Assembly (NCBI RefSeq): GCF_000014785.1
Contig: NC_008340.1
Coordinates: 2,850,001 to 2,882,000 of the forward strand
DNA length: 32,000 bases
DNA from: Alkalilimnicola ehrlichii MLHE-1
GTDB lineage: Bacteria > Pseudomonadota > Gammaproteobacteria > Nitrococcales > Halorhodospiraceae
Reading direction: 5' to 3'
Shown here: positions 28,188-32,000 of the stretch, one piece after another
Numbering within the stretch: position 1 is the stretch's first letter
How the letters are laid out: each line of letters starts with the position of its first letter
Position numbers and translations under genes: made by a program
The notes under the pieces: generated by a model
What the model was told of the DNA's origin: nothing
Databases searched by the model: none
What the model saw: only the letters and a program-made list of their open reading frames with translations

Positions 28188-29543
28188 TCAACCCGGCAGG
28201 GTCACCAGCTCTTCGGCGGCGGTGGGGTGGATGGCAACGGTATCGTCCAGGTCCTGCTTGGTGGCGCCCATGCGGATGGCCACGGCAAAGCCCTGCAACA
28301 TCTCGTCCGACCCCACGCCGAACAGGTGCGCACCAACCACGCGACGATTGTCGCCCACGGTCACCAGCTTCATGGCGCTGCGCCGCTTGTCCTCGCCCAA
28401 GGCGTAGTCCATGGCGACAAACCGGGTGGTGAACACCTCCACCTCGTCATCACCGTACTCCGCCCGGGCCTCCGGCTCGGTCAGCCCCACCGTGCCGATG
28501 GGCGGATGAGTGAAGACCACAGTGGGCACGTAGCGGTAGTCCAGGTGGCGGTCGGCCTGGCCGCCAAAGAGGCGGTCGGCCAGACGGCGGCCGGCGGCGA
28601 TGGCCACCGGGGTCAGCGGGTGGTGACCGATGATGTCCCCCACCGCGTAGACGCCCTGGACATTGGTCTCCTGGTAGGCGTTGACCGGGATACTGCCGTC
28701 CGCGTTGCGCGCCACGCCGGCGGCCTCCAGCCCCAGGCCGTCGGTGCACAGATCACGGCCAATCGCCCAGATGACCTGGTCGTAACCACCGATATGACGG
28801 CCGTCCTCCAGTGCCAGCGTCAGGGTGCCGTCATCGGCACGCTCCAGCGCCTTGGGCACGGAGTGGGTCTGCAGTGTGATGCCGTCCTGATCCATCGCCT
28901 CCAGCAAGCTGTCCCGGACCAGCGGGTCGAAGCTGCGCAGCGCCGCCTCGCGCCGGACCACCAGGTCGGTCTGAGTGCCCAGGTGGTGCAGCACGCCGGC
29001 CAGCTCCACCGCAATGTAGCCCGCCCCCACCACCGCCACGCGGCGTGGCTGCTGGGCCAGTTCGAAGAAGCCGTCGGAGTCGATACCCAGTTCCTGGCCC
29101 GGGATGTCGGGACGGCTCGGCCGCCCGCCGGTGGCCAGCAGGATGTGGCTGGCGGTGTAGCGCTCGCCGTTCACCTCCACCGTGCGCGCATCGGCCAGGC
29201 GCGCCTCACCGGTCAGCAGCGTGATACCGGACTTGTCGATATTACGCTCATAGATCCCGTTCAGGCGTCGGATGTAGGCGTCACGCCGACGCTTGAGCTC
29301 GGCCCAGTCCAGGGTGGCAGGGCCCACCCGGAAACCGTAATCAGCGGCCCGGTGCAGCGCATCGGCCGTGTGCGCCGCGCTCCACATCACCTTCTTGGGC
29401 ACGCAACCGACATTGACACACGTCCCTCCCAGCCGCGAACGCTCCACCAGCGCCACTTTCGCACCATAGCTGGCGGCCCGACGCGCGGTGGCCATACCAC
29501 CACTGCCACCCCCAATCACCAGCAGGTCGTAATGCGGTTCCAT
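28188..29543 (-). CDS. gorA: glutathione-disulfide reductase (FAD-dependent NAD(P)-disulfide oxidoreductase)
   Basis: 451 aa: YDLLVIGGGSGGMATARRAASYGAKVALVERSRLGGTCVNVGCVPKKVMW, VAVVGAGYIAVELAGVLHHLG, YVPTVVFTHPPIGTVGLTEPEA, VAIHPTAAEELVTL. Confidence 0.93.
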   Translation of the reverse strand: MEPHYDLLVIGGGSGGMATARRAASYGAKVALVERSRLGGTCVNVGCVPKKVMWSAAHTADALHRAADYGFRVGPATLDWAELKRRRDAYIRRLNGIYERNIDKSGITLLTGEARLADARTVEVNGERYTASHILLATGGRPSRPDIPGQELGIDSDGFFELAQQPRRVAVVGAGYIAVELAGVLHHLGTQTDLVVRREAALRSFDPLVRDSLLEAMDQDGITLQTHSVPKALERADDGTLTLALEDGRHIGGYDQVIWAIGRDLCTDGLGLEAAGVARNADGSIPVNAYQETNVQGVYAVGDIIGHHPLTPVAIAAGRRLADRLFGGQADRHLDYRYVPTVVFTHPPIGTVGLTEPEARAEYGDDEVEVFTTRFVAMDYALGEDKRRSAMKLVTVGDNRRVVGAHLFGVGSDEMLQGFAVAIRMGATKQDLDDTVAIHPTAAEELVTLPG

Positions 29544-29624
29544 CGGTCAGCTCCTTGTTCGTTGCCCGGTTTCCGGGTCAGCCCCCGGCGATACAGAATC
29601 GCTCTATGTTACACGAGGCCTGTA

Positions 29625-30449
29625 TCAGGGTAATTCGCTCAGGTACTCATCCAGACCGGCGACATAATCCTCCCGGCTGACGAGGAAGCCGGTGTTGTGG
29701 TCGCCCCGCAGTTCGAGCAGCCCCACCGGGCGGGCGGCCGCCCGATATAGGGCCTCACCGTGGTGGAAGGGGACGATATCATCCTGCCGGCTGTGGACCA
29801 CCAGGGTCGGCGCCTCCACCCGGCTGACCGCCTCGCGGGCATCCAACTGCAGGCGCGCCAGCAGGCGCACGGGGAGGAAGGGGTAAAGCTCGGCCCCCAG
29901 GTCCGGCGCGCTAGTGAAGGCGGACTCCAGGATCAGGCCGCGGACCGGCTGCCGGGCCGCGGTCCGGGCCGCCACGGCCGCACCCAAGGATCGGCCGAAC
30001 AGGATGACCTCCTCCGGAGCCAGGCCCTGCTGCCCCTCCAGCCACGTCAGGGCGGCCTCCGCATCCTTATAGACCCCCGGCTCATCCGGCCGCCCCTCGC
30101 TTCGGCCGTAGCCGCGATAGTCCAGGATCAGCACCGATACCCCCAGTTCGTGGAAGATCTCCAGCGAATCCAGGCGATGGGAGATGTTGCCGGCATTCCC
30201 ATGCAGGAACAGCAGCGTGCCCCGCGGCGAGTCGTGGGGCAGCCACCAGGCGTGCAGGCGCAGTTCGTCGGCCGTGGTCAGCCACACCTCCTGGTAGGGC
30301 AGCCCGCGGGCCTCCGGCGTGGCCACCAGCTCGCGCCCAGGAATATGCGGCAGGAAGACCAGCCGGTTCTGCCCCAGGGCCATGATGAGGCTCATCGCCA
30401 GCCAGGCCAGCAGGACGGTGCCACCAATGATAACGACGGCTCTGAGCAT
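29625..30449 (-). CDS. alpha/beta hydrolase (serine aminopeptidase S33-like)
   Basis: 274 aa: [79 protein letters not shown]. Confidence 0.92.
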   Translation of the reverse strand: MLRAVVIIGGTVLLAWLAMSLIMALGQNRLVFLPHIPGRELVATPEARGLPYQEVWLTTADELRLHAWWLPHDSPRGTLLFLHGNAGNISHRLDSLEIFHELGVSVLILDYRGYGRSEGRPDEPGVYKDAEAALTWLEGQQGLAPEEVILFGRSLGAAVAARTAARQPVRGLILESAFTSAPDLGAELYPFLPVRLLARLQLDAREAVSRVEAPTLVVHSRQDDIVPFHHGEALYRAAARPVGLLELRGDHNTGFLVSREDYVAGLDEYLSELP

Positions 30450-30673
30450 GCTATCTCCGTGATCTGCCCGGCAATCCTGTCATGAATCCAACGTTGATTA
30501 TTCGCGACAGTCTGCCAATATGGCAAAAGTCGGGTTACATGCTTGACCAGTCTGACTCAGGACTGCCGAATCCCTCGAGTGCATCGTGTGTTCAGCAGCC
30601 TCCCAGCCAGTCCGGGCAACGCTTGCAACCCGGCGGGGAACGCTTTACGTCAAGGTTTTCAGAGGTTGCTGTC

Positions 30674-30883
30674 ATGGCAGAACGCGAGACCGGTACGGTC
30701 AAATGGTTTGATAACGCCAAGGGGTTCGGCTTCATCCAGCGCGAGCAGGGTGAGGACGTGTTTGTGCATTTCCGCGCGATCCGCGGTGAGGGCTTCCGCT
30801 CGCTGGACGAGGGCCAGCAGGTGGAGTTCAACGTGGTTCGCGGCCCCAAGGGCCTGCAGGCGGAGGACGTGGCGGCGGTCTGA
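30674..30883 (+). CDS. cold shock domain protein (CspA family)
   Basis: 69 aa: [69 protein letters not shown]. In-frame extension to 30482 is likely untranslated leader. Confidence 0.96.
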   Translation: MAERETGTVKWFDNAKGFGFIQREQGEDVFVHFRAIRGEGFRSLDEGQQVEFNVVRGPKGLQAEDVAAV

Positions 30884-30904
30884 GCCCGCCTCGACTGCAT
30901 GTCC

Positions 30905-30930
30905 GGACGGGGGCCTGACGGCCCCCGTCC
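30905..30930. terminator. GC-rich hairpin downstream of the cold shock gene
   Basis: GGACGGGGGCC-TGAC-GGCCCCCGTCC, 11 bp perfect stem. No T tract, so intrinsic termination is not certain. Confidence 0.6.
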
Positions 30931-30954
30931 GCGTTCTGCCCGGCGTGAGCCGAC

Positions 30955-31431
30955 TCAGCCCGCCGGGTCCTGCTCGGCCAGGGCGATAATATGCGCCCAG
31001 TGATCCGGCTCCACCGGCATGACCGACAGCCGGTTCCCCCGGGCCAGCAGCTTCATCCCCTCCAACTGCGGTTGGCGTTTGAGTTCGTGCAGGGTCACCT
31101 TGCGCGGCAGTATCGCCTTGAATTTCACGTCCACCAGGTACCAGCGCGGCTTCTCCGGGTCGCTCTTGGGGTCGTAGTGCTTGTCATCGGGGTCGAACTG
31201 GGTGGGGTCGGGGTAGCCCTCGCGCACGATCTCGACGATGCCGACAATACCCGGCGGCTTGGTGTTGGAATGGTAGAAGAAGGCCAGGTCGCCGACCTTC
31301 ATCTGGTCGCGCATCATGTTGCGCGCCTGGTAGTTGCGCACGCCGTCCCAGGGTTCGATCTGGTCCGGGCGCTGCTTCAGGTCCTCGATGCCGAACTCGT
31401 CCGGCTCCGACTTCATCAGCCAGTAGTTCAT
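30955..31431 (-). CDS. EVE domain-containing protein
   Basis: From ATG 31431: MNYWLMKSEPDEFGIEDLKQRPDQIEPWDGVRNYQARNMMRDQMKVGDLAFFYHSNTKPPGIVGIVEIVREGYPDPTQFD. Confidence 0.95.
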   Translation of the reverse strand: MNYWLMKSEPDEFGIEDLKQRPDQIEPWDGVRNYQARNMMRDQMKVGDLAFFYHSNTKPPGIVGIVEIVREGYPDPTQFDPDDKHYDPKSDPEKPRWYLVDVKFKAILPRKVTLHELKRQPQLEGMKLLARGNRLSVMPVEPDHWAHIIALAEQDPAG

Positions 31432-31507
31432 GCACTCCCCCGGTTGCAAGCCAATAATCGGCGCCAGTTTTGCACAGCGCGACGGGGTTTGTCTTATCGG
31501 CCCGGGC

Positions 31508-31721
31508 GGCTGTTGGGACATGCCGGGGAGGGGCGGAGATCGGGATGGGGCGACTTATGCGCACCGAGCAACGCAGCAAAAGAGCGGAAAAAAGGCGCGC
31601 CTGTCCGAGCGAAGCGAGTTCGCGCCGCCGCTCTTTTGCGAGTAGCGCAGGGGACCCCGAAGGGGTGCGCATTCGGAGCCCCATCCCGATCTCCGCCCCT
31701 CCCCGGCATGTCCCAACAGCC
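31508..31721 (+). repeat. Nested covarying palindromic element, copy D
   Basis: 44 bp perfect outer arms GGCTGTTGGGACATGCCGGGGAGGGGCGGAGATCGGGATGGGGC (31508-31551) and its reverse complement (31678-31721). Inner arms CAAAAGAGCGG / CCGCTCTTTTG. Confidence 0.96.
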
Positions 31722-31728
31722 ACCTTGG

Positions 31729-32000
31729 CTAGCGCCTGACCGAGCCGTTTCGCGGGATCCAGATTCCCCGCTCCGTCGCCACCCCGTGCAGCGGGATATC
31801 CCAGGGGGCCAGGGGCAGCTCCGGGACGTGCTGGAAGGACCAGGCCACACCCAGCAGGCGGGGGTGGGTGCGCCAGCGCCAGCGCCCGAGGAAGGCGAAG
31901 CTGGCATCGTAGAAGCCGCCGCCCATGCCGAGCCGGCCGCCCCGGTGGTCGAACGCCACCAGCGGCGTCAGCACCAAGTCGAGATCCCGGGGGCGCAGTA
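31729..32000 (-). CDS. 5-formyltetrahydrofolate cyclo-ligase, C-terminal part; 5' end beyond the window
   Basis: Frame is open past the TTG at 31977: LRPRDLDLVLTPLVAFDHRGGRLGMGGGFYDASFAFLGRWR...LGVAWSFQHVPELPLAPWDIPLHGVATERGIW. Confidence 0.9.
   Translation of the reverse strand, partial: LRPRDLDLVLTPLVAFDHRGGRLGMGGGFYDASFAFLGRWRWRTHPRLLGVAWSFQHVPELPLAPWDIPLHGVATERGIWIPRNGSVRR

Noticed and set aside
30482-30673. N-terminal extension of the cold shock protein in the ORF track
   Set aside because: Cold shock proteins start at [12 protein letters not shown]-like sequence. The upstream frame lacks domain similarity and more likely represents the leader of the mRNA.
15554-31721. CRISPR array interpretation of the four repeated cores
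   Set aside because: Copies are kilobases apart, in both orientations, ~126 bp long and separated by ordinary genes, with no cas genes in the window.
31494-31907. Minus-strand ORF of 137 aa overlapping element D and the cyclo-ligase gene
   Set aside because: It runs out of frame with the recognisable cyclo-ligase translation and through the palindrome, so it is a spurious frame.

Overview
GC-rich chromosomal window from a gammaproteobacterium, possibly Ectothiorhodospiraceae-like (lineage is inference from gene content and order). It is mostly housekeeping. The genes are a PAS/GGDEF diguanylate cyclase; an NAD-type formate dehydrogenase pair (NuoE-NuoF fusion plus NuoG/FdhA-like catalytic subunit); gamma-glutamyltransferase; a VOC ring-cleaving dioxygenase; tRNA-Ile2(CAT); the rpsU-yqeY-dnaG-rpoD macromolecular synthesis cluster with divergent tsaD; plsY; folB-folK-MidA-type methyltransferase; a small acidic conserved protein; nfi; a small membrane protein coupled to a double-RCK ion channel; an OmpA-family protein; a 2Fe-2S/FAD reductase; ubiD; an atypical REP-associated (RAYT) transposase; prlC; a glutathione-disulfide reductase; an alpha/beta hydrolase; a cold shock protein; an EVE-domain protein; and the 3' end of 5-formyltetrahydrofolate cyclo-ligase. 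The most unusual content is intergenic. There are four copies (15554-15755, 17928-18123, 27976-28186, 31508-31721) of a ~126-129 bp conserved core enclosed in 34-44 bp outer inverted arms. The outer arms are perfect (one mismatch in one copy) within a copy but unrelated between copies. The core carries a second, also copy-specific, 11 bp inverted arm pair and a third GC stem with compensatory changes around an apical GCGAAGC. I do not recognise this nested, covarying palindrome as a named family. A fifth palindrome with different core sequence but the same layout lies just downstream of the atypical RAYT gene.
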